DNA of 64,000 bases, taken from NCBI GenBank assembly GCA_040768685.1, contig JAXGMM010000001.1:553279-617278 (forward strand). The letters are read 5' to 3'. The notes below the pieces were generated by a model that saw nothing but the letters and a program-made list of their open reading frames with translations, did no database searches and had not been told where the DNA came from. The DNA is from Anaerolineae bacterium (GTDB lineage Bacteria > Chloroflexota > Anaerolineae > DRVO01). Numbering within the stretch: the stretch's first letter is position 1; every line of letters starts with the position of its first letter. This document shows, piece by piece, positions 10,270-19,964 of this stretch. Position numbers and translations under genes: made by a program.

Positions 10270-10298
10270 ATTGTACTACCGCGGCGCGAGGGTGACTA
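10270..10298 (-). promoter_or_regulatory. candidate sigma70-type promoter of the sulfatase-like/Gfo operon
   Basis: minus strand reads TAGTCA-17nt-TACAAT about 30 nt upstream of ATG 10235. Confidence 0.35.
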
Positions 10299-10584
10299 GC
10301 GCGGCGTCTCCTATGGCGAGCAGTTGGTGTATGACATCGAGCGCCTGAAGCGCCACTTCCCGGCGGTACCGATCAAGGTCATCCTTGTCGACGCGGACTG
10401 AAGCAGGAACTAGCGATTCCTGACGTCCTACTTGACTCACGCAACAACGCCGGGACGCCAAGCAACACTCCCTTGGCGTCTCTGCGTCTTGGCGTGAGCC
10501 GTCCCCTCTCCTCCCCTTGATGCGCCGCCCCTTCACCGCTATCCTTCCTCCCGACCAAACCTGCCTGCTCGGGAGGCTTTCCCC

Positions 10585-11379
10585 ATGAGACCGAACCGGC
10601 TGCGTGAACTGCTGGACCAGGACCGGCCCAGCATCGGCACCCACGTCCAGTGCACCTGGCCCGCCATCGTCGAGCTCATCGGCCAGACGGGCATGTACGA
10701 CTACGTGGAACTGGTGGGCGAGTACGCACCTTACGATCTCTACTCCCTGGACAACTTCGGCCGCGCCGTGGACCTCTTCCCCAACTTCAGCGCTATGTTC
10801 AAGGTGGACCAGGAGCCCCGCGGCTACCTGGCGCAGAGGGCCATGGGCGCCGGAATCCAGAACCTCCTCTTCGCCGACATCCGCACGGTCGAGGACGCGC
10901 GCCGGTGCGTAAGCATCGTCCGGGCGGAGTCGCCGCAGACGGGCGGCATCCACGGGGTGCATATGCGCCGGTCGGTGGGGTACGTCCGGGACGTGGGCAA
11001 CGCCGCCTTCGTGCAGTCCCTGGAGGACGCCGTCGTCGCCCTCATGATTGAGAAGAAGGCGGCGGTGGAGAACCTGGAGGAGATACTCGAGGTGAAGGGC
11101 GTGGACATGGTGCAGTTCGGCCCCGCCGACTACTCCATGAGTCTGGGGATCCCCGGCCAGTGGAGCGATCCGCGGGTGTGGGAGGCGCAGAAGTTGACCA
11201 TCGAGACGGCGCTGAAGATGGGCGTGGCGCCGCGCGCGGAGATCGGCTCCGTGGACCAGGCCAAGCGCTTCTTGGACCTGGGCGTGAAGCACTTCTGCAT
11301 CGGCACCGATGTGGTGATCCTGTCGCAGTGGTGGAAGCAGACCGGCGATGACCTGCGCAAGCTGGTCGAGACCGCCTAA
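10585..11379 (+). CDS. HpcH/HpaI family 2-keto-3-deoxy-sugar acid aldolase
   Basis: N-terminus MRPNRLRELLDQDRPSIGTHV and size 264 aa typical of HpcH/HpaI class II aldolases (KDR/KDGlucarate aldolase-like). Confidence 0.8.
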   Translation: MRPNRLRELLDQDRPSIGTHVQCTWPAIVELIGQTGMYDYVELVGEYAPYDLYSLDNFGRAVDLFPNFSAMFKVDQEPRGYLAQRAMGAGIQNLLFADIRTVEDARRCVSIVRAESPQTGGIHGVHMRRSVGYVRDVGNAAFVQSLEDAVVALMIEKKAAVENLEEILEVKGVDMVQFGPADYSMSLGIPGQWSDPRVWEAQKLTIETALKMGVAPRAEIGSVDQAKRFLDLGVKHFCIGTDVVILSQWWKQTGDDLRKLVETA

Positions 11380-11394
11380 GAAGAGGGAGACTAT

Positions 11395-12186
11395 ATGGAC
11401 ATCAACCGCGTATCCTGCTGCTCGTACCCCATGCGCGCCCTGCCGCCGGAGCACTCCTTCCGCGCCCTCAGCGAGGCGGGGTACAAGAAGATCGACCTCT
11501 GGGGCGGCATGCCGCACTTCGACGTGAACAACCCCGAGTATGACTTCGACGCCGTGCTCGCTCTGTCGGAGAAGTACGGCGTGCGGATCGGCAACATCGG
11601 CTCCTACTGCGGCGCGGGCTTCACCAGTGAGGACGAGGCCGAGCGCGAAGCCGAAGTGGTGAAGACGACGAAGGTGCTGGACGCGGCTGCCCGCGCCGGC
11701 GCCCGTTCCGTGCGCAGCGTCCTGGGCCGGCCGGAGTCGCCGGAGCATCTGGCGCGCGTTCTACCCTACTACCAGCGCGTTGCCGAGTACGCTGAGAAGG
11801 TGGGCGTGTACATGGGGGTGGAGAACCACGGCGGCCCGTGCAGCGGCAATCCGCAATTGCTTGCCTGGTTCTTCGACAAGGTGGGCAGTAAGTACACCGG
11901 CGTCCTCTACGAGCCCTGCAACCTGATGTCGGCCGGGGTGGACTACAAGCAGGCCTTCGAGACGATGAAGGACTACATCACCCACATGCACATCAAAGAC
12001 TGCTACCCCATCAACGGCAAGATGCAGACGGTGTGGCTGGGAACCGGCATCATCGACTATCGCTGGGTGGTGGCGGCGCTGGAGGGTGCCGGCTACACCG
12101 GCGACTACCCGATCGAGTACGAGGTAGACGACGAGCCGCCGGAGCAGGGCATCGGCAAGTGGCTCGACATGTGGATGAAGATCTGA
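11395..12186 (+). CDS. sugar phosphate isomerase/epimerase (xylose isomerase-like TIM barrel)
   Basis: AGYKKIDLWGG...VENHGG...HMHIKD motifs of AP_endonuc_2 family; 16 nt after aldolase stop. Confidence 0.8.
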   Translation: MDINRVSCCSYPMRALPPEHSFRALSEAGYKKIDLWGGMPHFDVNNPEYDFDAVLALSEKYGVRIGNIGSYCGAGFTSEDEAEREAEVVKTTKVLDAAARAGARSVRSVLGRPESPEHLARVLPYYQRVAEYAEKVGVYMGVENHGGPCSGNPQLLAWFFDKVGSKYTGVLYEPCNLMSAGVDYKQAFETMKDYITHMHIKDCYPINGKMQTVWLGTGIIDYRWVVAALEGAGYTGDYPIEYEVDDEPPEQGIGKWLDMWMKI

Positions 12187-12261
12187 CCTGACCCGGCTGG
12201 CTCGTCACGCCAAGGGGCCGGCCCGGGTGGCCCCGACGAACCATCCGCATCGCCTCGGTAG

Positions 12262-12292
12262 GGGAGGGCCTCCGCGCCCTCCCTTGTTTTGT
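12262..12292 (+). terminator. rho-independent terminator
   Basis: GGGAGGGC-ctccgc-GCCCTCCC stem followed by TTGTTTTGT. Confidence 0.6.
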
Positions 12293-12355
12293 CGCAAACA
12301 TGCCTGTCTCAGCATGGTCAAAAGTGCGTGCTTGCCGTTTGCCTCAGGTATGCCA

Positions 12356-12385
12356 TTGACGGGTGTATACCGGCGCGCTTATGCT
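12356..12385 (+). promoter_or_regulatory. candidate sigma70 promoter for ABC transporter operon
   Basis: TTGACG-17nt-TTATGC(T) in a locally AT-richer stretch about 255 nt upstream of ATG 12641. Confidence 0.35.
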
Positions 12386-12640
12386 AGCACTATGCAGAGG
12401 CCTTGGCCGAGCGGCAATGCTGTTTGGCCCTCTTGGCTTGGACATTTCGGCTCGGCTACGCATGGTGCACTCTGCGTCCCGCCGCCAGGTGGGCTCTACG
12501 GCCGAGCCGGTCCCCTGCCCGTCTCACAGAGGAGGTGAATAAGCCCGGCGCGAGGGGAAGAGGAGTTGGGGGGGTCAAGAGGCGATCCGTAGCAGAGCGA
12601 TCAGCGCTGTAGCTTCGTTCATGCAAGGGGGCAGCAAGAG

Positions 12641-14629
12641 ATGAGTAGACCATTCACCCGACGTGACTTCCTGAACCTGGTAGCCTTGGGTAGCGCAGGA
12701 GCATTGGCGTCGTGTGCTCCGGCTACGCCTGGGGCAGTTGCAGGCGTGCCGGAGACGGCCGCGCCTGAAGCCGTCACCACCTTGGGGTTCCCCCGTGCCG
12801 AGACCGTCTTCGCCCAACAGTTGACGGGACGCAATGCCACTCCCAGCAACTTTAATTCTTGGGCCGGCTGGCGGCAGCGGGACCGCGGCATGCAGCAGGT
12901 CATGCACGAGCAACTATGGATCGACGACTTCGAGCGAGGCGAACTCATCGACGCGCTGGCCGTTGCCCCGCCGGAGTACAGCGACGACTTCAAGACGATG
13001 ACCTTCCAGATCCGCGAGGGCGTGTACTGGAGCGACGGCGTCGAGCTCACCGCTGAGGACGTTGCGTTCACCATCGACTTCACCCGGTTGGCTTCCGGCG
13101 CGTCGTTCAACGCCAGCGTGGCGGCGCAGGTCGAGAGTGTCGAGGCGACAGACGGCCAAACGGTGGTGGTTCAGCTCAAGGAGCCGAACCCGCGTTTTCA
13201 CTTTGAGAACCTTTGCGACCTGTGGGGCAGCCTGTGGGTGATGCCGAAGCATGTGTTCGGGCAGTTCCTGAAGGATGGCGAGGTTGACACGGAGGGCTTC
13301 TTTGCCTTCGAGTACAATCCTCCCCTCAGCAGCGGGCCCTACAAGCTGCACAGCTTCGATCCGGCCGGCAATTGGACGGCGTGGGAGAAGCGCGAGGATT
13401 GGCAACGCACACCTACCGGGATGCTCTTCGGCGAGCCCAAGCCGAAGTACGTGGTGTTCGTGGACTATGGCGACTTCACGGCCCGCGTCATCGCCATGAC
13501 TCGGCACGAGGTCGATCAGGTCGACCTTGACTTGCCTGCCATCAGAGCCGCCACCAAGGCGGAACCGACCGCCCGCGGCTACTATGCCGATCAGGGGTTC
13601 CCCTGGCTGCAGTCCAACCGCCACCCGGGCGTCGGTGGGACGGTGTTCAATACCCTCAAGCCTCCGTTCGATAACCCGGACGTCCGCTGGGCACTTGCCC
13701 TGGCCATTGAGCCGGTCTCCTACAGCACGACGGCGTACGACGGGTGTGCCGCCATGAACCCGCTGCCCATCGTCGTCAACGCCCCGCAGATGCAGGAGCC
13801 CTTCATCAAGCCACTTATGGCGTGGCTGGAGGACTTGACCATCGATGTAGGCGGCGGGGAGATGGTCAACGTGTGGGACCCCACGGCGCCGATGCGATTG
13901 GTGGAGGATGCGCGGGAGCGAGGCTTCGAGTTCCCGGATGACCCGGACCTGATTAGGTCGGCGTTCGGCTATGGCTCGTGGCAGTACAACCCCGATGCGG
14001 CCACCAAGCTGCTCAAGAAGGCGGGCCTACAGCAGGACGCCGACGGCAAGTGGCTCCTAGCGGACGGCACGCCCTGGCAGTTCAGCGTCTACACGGACAC
14101 CATCCCCGGTCGCTGGTCCTACCAGAACGCGCAGGCAGCGTACGTGGAGTGGCAGCGGTTTGGGCTGGATGTGAGGTTCGAGGTAGGCGACGCCGGTCAG
14201 CTGCGGATCGAGCACGGCAACTTCGACGTCTGCGGCGCCCAGACGCACGGCAGCAACTACCTGGAGAACCCCGATCTCTTCAGAACGTTCACTGCCTTCC
14301 ACTCGTCGTATCTGCAGCCGGTTCTCGGCGAACGCCAGTGGGGCCATCCCTCACGCTGGACGGACAGCACGGTGGATGCGCTGCTCGACGAGATCCGGGT
14401 AACAAACCCGATCGACCTCGAAACGCTGCAGCCACTGGGTCTGGAACTGCTCAAGACCTGGATAATGGCCATGCCTGCCATCTCGGGCACTACTTCGCTG
14501 GACCCGTATGCGGTCTCGAGCTACTACTGGACCGGCTGGCCGAGTGCTGAGGATCACTTCATAGTGCCTTACCATCACTATCCGAACTTCAAGTACCTCC
14601 TCACCTTCCTGAAGCCGGCAGCCGGCTAA
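12641..14629 (+). CDS. ABC transporter substrate-binding protein, family 5 (peptide/oligosaccharide), Tat signal lipoprotein
   Basis: MSRPFTRRDFLNLVALGSAGALASC twin-arginine motif plus lipobox Cys; length 662 aa typical SBP_bac_5. Confidence 0.85.
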   Translation: MSRPFTRRDFLNLVALGSAGALASCAPATPGAVAGVPETAAPEAVTTLGFPRAETVFAQQLTGRNATPSNFNSWAGWRQRDRGMQQVMHEQLWIDDFERGELIDALAVAPPEYSDDFKTMTFQIREGVYWSDGVELTAEDVAFTIDFTRLASGASFNASVAAQVESVEATDGQTVVVQLKEPNPRFHFENLCDLWGSLWVMPKHVFGQFLKDGEVDTEGFFAFEYNPPLSSGPYKLHSFDPAGNWTAWEKREDWQRTPTGMLFGEPKPKYVVFVDYGDFTARVIAMTRHEVDQVDLDLPAIRAATKAEPTARGYYADQGFPWLQSNRHPGVGGTVFNTLKPPFDNPDVRWALALAIEPVSYSTTAYDGCAAMNPLPIVVNAPQMQEPFIKPLMAWLEDLTIDVGGGEMVNVWDPTAPMRLVEDARERGFEFPDDPDLIRSAFGYGSWQYNPDAATKLLKKAGLQQDADGKWLLADGTPWQFSVYTDTIPGRWSYQNAQAAYVEWQRFGLDVRFEVGDAGQLRIEHGNFDVCGAQTHGSNYLENPDLFRTFTAFHSSYLQPVLGERQWGHPSRWTDSTVDALLDEIRVTNPIDLETLQPLGLELLKTWIMAMPAISGTTSLDPYAVSSYYWTGWPSAEDHFIVPYHHYPNFKYLLTFLKPAAG

Positions 14630-14647
14630 CATAGCCGCACAAGAGCG

Positions 14648-14684
14648 CCCGCGAGCAAGCCGTAGTGCCTGCTCGCGGGTTGCC
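14648..14684 (+). promoter_or_regulatory. intercistronic stem-loop between SBP and permease genes
   Basis: CCCGCGAGCA-12nt loop-TGCTCGCGGG perfect 10-bp stem then TTGCC; typical partial terminator/mRNA stabiliser placement. Confidence 0.4.
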
Positions 14685-14709
14685 ATGGACAACGCAGTCT
14701 GGGGGAAGA

Positions 14710-15717
14710 ATGAGATTCGTGAGGCGCTACCTGATCCCGCGGTTGATCCAATACGTGGGGGTGACTGTCCTCGGGATCACCATGATCTTCATGCTGCCTA
14801 GGCTTATGCCCGTAGGCCCGGTGGAGAAAGCGGTCGCGCAGGTGATGGCTCGAGGCACCTACTCCGACCCCAAGGCGGCCGAAGAGACGGTACGGGCGCT
14901 CCGCGAGATGTACGGATTGGACCAAGGGCTGCTGCAGCAGTACCTGGGGTTCTGGCGCCGGTTGTTCACAGCTGATTTCGGGCCGTCGCTGGTGGCGTTT
15001 CCCGCTCCGGTGAATGACCTCATAGCTGCCTCTCTTCCGTGGACGATGGGTCTGCTGTTCACGACGACGGTGCTGGTGTTCATCATCGGCAACCTCACCG
15101 GCGGATTGGCGGGGTTCTTCAGTCGGAGTCGGACCATGCAGGTTGTGGACGCGATGGCCATGGTCCTGGCTCCGATGCCGTACTACATTGTCGCCCTCAT
15201 GTTGATCATCTTGTTCGCGCATATCCTGCCCGTCTTTCCTGTGGGTGGCGCCTACACCATCGGCGCCAGGATCGAGCTCTCTCGGGGTTTCGTGATCGAC
15301 GTTCTGCGGCATGCGTTCCTTCCGGCCGTGTCTCTCGTGGTCCTCGGCGTGGCCACTACCCATCAGGTGATGCGGCTTATTGTGCAGGGCGTCCGAGAGG
15401 AGGACTACGTTCGCTATGCTCAGATCGCCGGCGTGAACCGCTGGACGATCTTCACACGCTACGTGATGCGGAACGCCATGCTGCCTCAGATCACGCGTTT
15501 TGCCCTGGGCTTCGCATCTTTGTTTAGCGGTGCACTGATCACCGAGATCGTCTTCGCTTATCCTGGAGTGGGCCTGCTCACCTACAAAGCCATCCTCTCA
15601 TCGGACTACAACGTGCTCATGGGCGTCACAACCTTGTCGATCGTGGCCCTGACGACCAGCACCCTGATCATGGACCTTCTGAACCCGCTCTTCGATCCGC
15701 GGATCAGGTTGACGTGA
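14710..15717 (+). CDS. ABC transporter permease (DppB/OppB type)
   Basis: BPD_transp_1 EAA-like loop, 6 TM; start at internal ATG 14710 (MRFVRRYLIPRL) preceded by GGGGGAAG. Confidence 0.85.
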   Translation: MRFVRRYLIPRLIQYVGVTVLGITMIFMLPRLMPVGPVEKAVAQVMARGTYSDPKAAEETVRALREMYGLDQGLLQQYLGFWRRLFTADFGPSLVAFPAPVNDLIAASLPWTMGLLFTTTVLVFIIGNLTGGLAGFFSRSRTMQVVDAMAMVLAPMPYYIVALMLIILFAHILPVFPVGGAYTIGARIELSRGFVIDVLRHAFLPAVSLVVLGVATTHQVMRLIVQGVREEDYVRYAQIAGVNRWTIFTRYVMRNAMLPQITRFALGFASLFSGALITEIVFAYPGVGLLTYKAILSSDYNVLMGVTTLSIVALTTSTLIMDLLNPLFDPRIRLT

Positions 15718-15733
15718 GAGGAGAGCGTCTCAG

Positions 15734-16588
15734 ATGAAGACACTAAGGGCCTTCTTCAGGGACCGGCGTTTCAGCATCGGCGCGGCACTGATGGCGGGGC
15801 TGCTCTTCCTGGCCTGTCTCTCGTTTCTGTCACCCTACAACCCGACCGTCTGGCGAGTTGTGCCTCGTGACCTCGCGCCTTCATCGGCGCACTTGCTGGG
15901 GACTACTTCCCTGGGCCAGGACGTGTTCTGGCAGCTCACCGCCGCCATACGCAACTCGCTGCTCCTGGCTGTCTTCTCGGCGATGATATCGAGGTTAATC
16001 GCCCTCTTCGTAGGGCTGGTGGCCGGCTACGTCGGTGGGATGGTGGACCGGGCGCTGATGTTTATCAGCGACGGTTTCATAGTGCTGCCTCTGCTGTTGG
16101 TGCTCGTGATGCTGGCGATCCTCATTCAGGAGCAACTGAGCCTACTAACCATGGGGTTGCTCTTCGCGCTGTTTGGGTGGGCGCTAGACGCTCGGTTCAT
16201 ACGCTCGCAGATACTCAGCCTCAGGGAGAGGGAGTTCACGTACACCGCTATCCTCTCAGGCACCCCCCCACTCAGGCTGATCTTCAACGAGTATCTCCTC
16301 TTCGTGGTGCCACTGACGACAGCGACGCTCATCGGGAACATGATCTGGGTGACCGGTATGGAAGTCACTCTGGCCTACCTGGGCCTGACGGACATTGCCG
16401 TCCCTACACTAGGCACCATGCTGCACTTCGCCCTCAACTACCAGGCGGTGCTGCTGGGGCTGTGGTGGTGGATCTTCACCCCTATCGGAGCGGCTGTGGT
16501 GCTTTTCGTCGCGCTGTACCTTCTGTCGATCAGCATCAGCGAGTACCTTGATCCACGGGCCCGCATCCAGCGAGTGGGCGGGAGATAG
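15734..16588 (+). CDS. ABC transporter permease (DppC/OppC type)
   Basis: N-terminal OppC-like region, BPD transporter signature, 284 aa. Confidence 0.85.
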   Translation: MKTLRAFFRDRRFSIGAALMAGLLFLACLSFLSPYNPTVWRVVPRDLAPSSAHLLGTTSLGQDVFWQLTAAIRNSLLLAVFSAMISRLIALFVGLVAGYVGGMVDRALMFISDGFIVLPLLLVLVMLAILIQEQLSLLTMGLLFALFGWALDARFIRSQILSLREREFTYTAILSGTPPLRLIFNEYLLFVVPLTTATLIGNMIWVTGMEVTLAYLGLTDIAVPTLGTMLHFALNYQAVLLGLWWWIFTPIGAAVVLFVALYLLSISISEYLDPRARIQRVGGR

Positions 16589-16597
16589 GGGCGGGCC

Positions 16598-17599
16598 ATG
16601 TGGGTGATCAAGGCAGAGAGGTTAGAGGCATCGTACTTCCTGGACATGCTGGGAACCAGGAGGGTCGTAACAGCGGTCAACGGTGTCGATCTGGAGGTCC
16701 GGGCAAACGAGATCTATGGGATAGCGGGGGAGAGTGGCTGCGGCAAGACGACTCTGGTCAAGACACTGCTCGGGGATGTCCAGCCGCCGCTGCGAGTGGT
16801 CGGCGGCAAGGTGCACTACCGCGTCGATGGAGAGGATCTCGATCTGTATTCGCTGAAGCCGGAGCTGCGACAGCGGCTTCGTTGGTCGTTCATCTCCTAC
16901 GTGCCCCAGAGTTCAATGAGCAATCTCAACCCGGTGGCCAAGCTGAAGGGCTCCTTCAGGGACTTCCTGAGAAGCCACGTGGGGCGTCGCGATGGTGGAG
17001 AGCTGCTGGAAAAGGCACGACAGCACCTGATGCACCTTGGGCTGCCCCCGAACGTGCTGGAGGCCTATCCGCACCAGTTATCAGGGGGCATGCGCCAGCG
17101 GGTGGTGATCGCTCTGGCTACTGTGCTCTCGCCTCGCGCTGTGGTCACCGACGAGCCGGTTACGGCTCTGGACGTGGTCGTTCAGCGGGGTGTGCTTCAG
17201 CTTCTACGGGAGGTGCAGCAGGAGCAGCAGAACGCCTTGGTGATGGTCACTCATGACATGGGGGTGCTGGCCAACATCGCCGATCGCGTCGGGATCATGT
17301 ACGCTGGGAGGATCATAGAGGAAGCGCTCGTCGAGGCCATCTTCAGGCAGCCACGACACCCGTATACCCAGTACCTGATCAACTCCTTACCCAAGTTCGG
17401 GGACAAGACGATGCGGGAAAGCGCCCCCGGGGCGCCTCCGTCTCTGGCCGATCTTCCCAAGGGATGCCCCTTCCATCCTCGCTGTCGGTACGCCATGGAC
17501 ATGTGCAGGGAGGCTGTGCCGCCCTCCGTGACCATCGCCGATCAGCATAGGGTGTCCTGTTGGCTGACCCAGGAGGGAGACGATAGACGCCATTCTTGA
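16598..17599 (+). CDS. ABC transporter ATP-binding protein (DppD/OppD type)
   Basis: Walker [20 protein letters not shown] signature, C-terminal oligopeptide ABC extension with Cys-rich [14 protein letters not shown]. Confidence 0.85.
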   Translation: MWVIKAERLEASYFLDMLGTRRVVTAVNGVDLEVRANEIYGIAGESGCGKTTLVKTLLGDVQPPLRVVGGKVHYRVDGEDLDLYSLKPELRQRLRWSFISYVPQSSMSNLNPVAKLKGSFRDFLRSHVGRRDGGELLEKARQHLMHLGLPPNVLEAYPHQLSGGMRQRVVIALATVLSPRAVVTDEPVTALDVVVQRGVLQLLREVQQEQQNALVMVTHDMGVLANIADRVGIMYAGRIIEEALVEAIFRQPRHPYTQYLINSLPKFGDKTMRESAPGAPPSLADLPKGCPFHPRCRYAMDMCREAVPPSVTIADQHRVSCWLTQEGDDRRHS

Positions 17600-17627
17600 G
17601 GTCCAGAACGTAAGCAGAATCTTCCAC

Positions 17628-18566
17628 ATGGGCAGCGTCTTCTCGCGGCTCCGCATCACAGCCGTGGAGAAGGTGTCCCTGAGTGTGCACCGGGGCGAGA
17701 TCTTCGGGTTGGCGGGTGAGAGCGGTTGCGGCAAGAGCACCCTGGCGAAGATGATTCTCGGGTTCGAGGAGCCCAGCGAGGGTGAGATCATCCACCGGGG
17801 CCGGAGCGGAGAGAGCATCACCGGCAAGAACGCCTGGAGACGGGCAGGCGTGCAGCTGGTCTCCCAGAACCCGTTTGAGGCCTTCAATCCCCTGCGTCAG
17901 GTCGAGGCCTACTTCTTTGAGGGAGTGCGCAACTTCCGGCTGGCGGGCAACCGAAAGGACGCGTTAGCAGCCATCGATGGGGTGCTTCGGCTGGTCGGCA
18001 TGAGCTACGATGAGATCGCCGGCCGCTACCCGGCGGAGTTCTCGGGCGGACAACTGCAGCGAGTCTCGATTGCCAGGTCGCTTCTCAGCGGGCCTCTGTT
18101 GTTGATTGCCGACGAGCCGGTGTCGATGGTAGACGCCTCGCTACGAATGTCCATCATGAACCTCTTTCGGGAGTTGAAGGACAGACTCGGCCTAGGCATC
18201 GTGTATATCACGCATGACTTGGCGTCCGCGTACTACGTTTGCGACCGCATAGCCATCATGTTTCGAGGCAATGTCGTCACCATGGGTGATGTGGATAAGG
18301 TGCTGCTGGAGCCCAGGCACCCCTACGTGAAGCTGTTGCGCGAGTGCATCCCCGAGCCGGAGCCGGACAAGCGCTGGACCAGCAAGATACGCCTGGCCGA
18401 GAGCGAGGCACAGGAGTACTTGCGGACGGGCTGCAAGTTCGCCGGTCGGTGCGCACAGGCCATGGAGATATGCATGCGCGAGGCCCCAGAGTGCACCGAG
18501 GTCGATGGCACTCTTATCCGGTGCCATCTGTACGCCGGCGAGATTGCCAAGGAGAGCGTCTGCTAG
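17628..18566 (+). CDS. ABC transporter ATP-binding protein (DppF/OppF type)
   Basis: Walker [14 protein letters not shown], signature FSGGQLQRVSIAR, Walker B LLIADEP. Confidence 0.85.
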   Translation: MGSVFSRLRITAVEKVSLSVHRGEIFGLAGESGCGKSTLAKMILGFEEPSEGEIIHRGRSGESITGKNAWRRAGVQLVSQNPFEAFNPLRQVEAYFFEGVRNFRLAGNRKDALAAIDGVLRLVGMSYDEIAGRYPAEFSGGQLQRVSIARSLLSGPLLLIADEPVSMVDASLRMSIMNLFRELKDRLGLGIVYITHDLASAYYVCDRIAIMFRGNVVTMGDVDKVLLEPRHPYVKLLRECIPEPEPDKRWTSKIRLAESEAQEYLRTGCKFAGRCAQAMEICMREAPECTEVDGTLIRCHLYAGEIAKESVC

Positions 18567-18749
18567 GTCAGAAGGGCGGGCATTAGCACAGCGGGACGAA
18601 TGCACCGCCCGCTCCACAGCAGGCGTCTCTGCGACAGGCGCAGGGCGGCCGCTCTGGCGGCGGTCGGGCGCAGATCGCGATGCGCGGTCCCGTCTGTGTT
18701 TGTAGCCAGAGACACTAGGGCACGGGGAGCCAATTCCGGGAGGGATTGC

Positions 18750-19820
18750 ATGTCAGAGCGCATGACGACTAGAGAGCGGATCCAGCGGATGTTCGATCAC
18801 AAAGAGGCCGACCGAGTGCCTATCGTGGATACGCCCTGGGAGTCTACCATCGCCCGATGGCACCGGGAGGGTATGCCGGCCGGCGTCAACTGGTCCGAGT
18901 ACCTCGGCGCGGACTGCGTCCGCTTCATCACGACTGACAACAGTCCGCGCTATCCACGGCGGATGGTCGAGGAGACCGATGAGTACCGGATATACACCAC
19001 TGAATGGGGCGCGACGCGCAAGGACTACCACGACCAGAGCGGCGCGTTAGGCTATCTCGAGTACACGGTGAAGGACCGCGCCTCGTGGGCCGAGGCCAAG
19101 GAGCGGATGCAGCCGAGCCGCGACCGCATCGATTGGGACCAACTGCGGCGCGACTATCGGCGCTGGCGCGAGCGGGGCGACTGGGTGATGGGAGTCCTCT
19201 GGTTCAACTTCGAGGTGACCTACTCCCACATGGTGGGCCCGCAGTTGTTCCTGGCCATGGCCGAGGACCCGGAGTGGGTCATGGACATCGTTCACACAAT
19301 GCTTGACAGCAGCATCGTCTTACTCGAGATGGTGTGGGACGCCGGGTACCACTTCGATGGTGTCCAATGGTACAACGACATGGGTTTTAAGGGAAAGCAG
19401 TTCATGTCCGTACCCATGTATCGTGAGCTCTTCAAGCCGGCCGACAAGCGCGCGGCCGAGTGGGCCCACGCCAAGGGGCTTCCCGTCTACTACCACTCCT
19501 GCGGGAACCTAGGCCCCTTGGTTCCGGAACTGATTGATGCCGGCGTGGACATGCTCAACCCGCTGGAGGTGAAGGCGGGGATGGACCCGCTTGCCTTGAA
19601 GGCGGAATACGGTAATCGGCTGGCGTTCCACGGAGGGCTGAACGCGATGCTCTACGAGCAACCGGAGAGCATGTGGGCGGAGATGGAGCGCGTCATCCCG
19701 ACGATGATGAAGGACGGGGGCTACATCATCGGCACCGACCACTCGGTGCCGGACAGTGTCGGCCTGGAGCAGTACCGCGAGTTCATCAGGCGGGCTAAGG
19801 AACTGGGCAGGTACTCCTAG
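18750..19820 (+). CDS. uroporphyrinogen decarboxylase (URO-D) family protein, MtaA/CmuA-like
   Basis: MSERMTTRERIQRMFDHKEADRVPIVDTPW N-terminus and C-terminal GGYIIGTDHSVP block typical of URO-D/MtaA fold; GGGAGGG SD before ATG 18750; last gene of the ABC operon. Confidence 0.7.
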   Translation: MSERMTTRERIQRMFDHKEADRVPIVDTPWESTIARWHREGMPAGVNWSEYLGADCVRFITTDNSPRYPRRMVEETDEYRIYTTEWGATRKDYHDQSGALGYLEYTVKDRASWAEAKERMQPSRDRIDWDQLRRDYRRWRERGDWVMGVLWFNFEVTYSHMVGPQLFLAMAEDPEWVMDIVHTMLDSSIVLLEMVWDAGYHFDGVQWYNDMGFKGKQFMSVPMYRELFKPADKRAAEWAHAKGLPVYYHSCGNLGPLVPELIDAGVDMLNPLEVKAGMDPLALKAEYGNRLAFHGGLNAMLYEQPESMWAEMERVIPTMMKDGGYIIGTDHSVPDSVGLEQYREFIRRAKELGRYS

Positions 19821-19873
19821 GCTGCCCTGGCGGCAGCAGACAGGGAATGCCTCCCTGAGCGTGTAGCATCATC

Positions 19874-19902
19874 GGGCCCAGGCCGGAACGAGGCCTGGGC
19901 CC
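19874..19902. terminator. bidirectional terminator hairpin between convergent genes
   Basis: GGGCCCAGGCC-ggaacga-GGCCTGGGCCC perfect 11-bp stem then TGTGTCGTC. Confidence 0.6.
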
Positions 19903-19964
19903 TGTGTCGTCACGATGGCGCCTGCGGCTGTAGGCTTCGGGGCGGCGTGCCGGCGACGGCAGGC

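Noticed and set aside
10276-11748. 490-aa ORF on the minus strand
   Set aside because: It runs antisense across the HpcH aldolase and TIM-barrel genes, which both have strong domain signatures. Its translation is low-complexity (Ala/Gly/Arg/His-rich), typical of a high-GC shadow frame.
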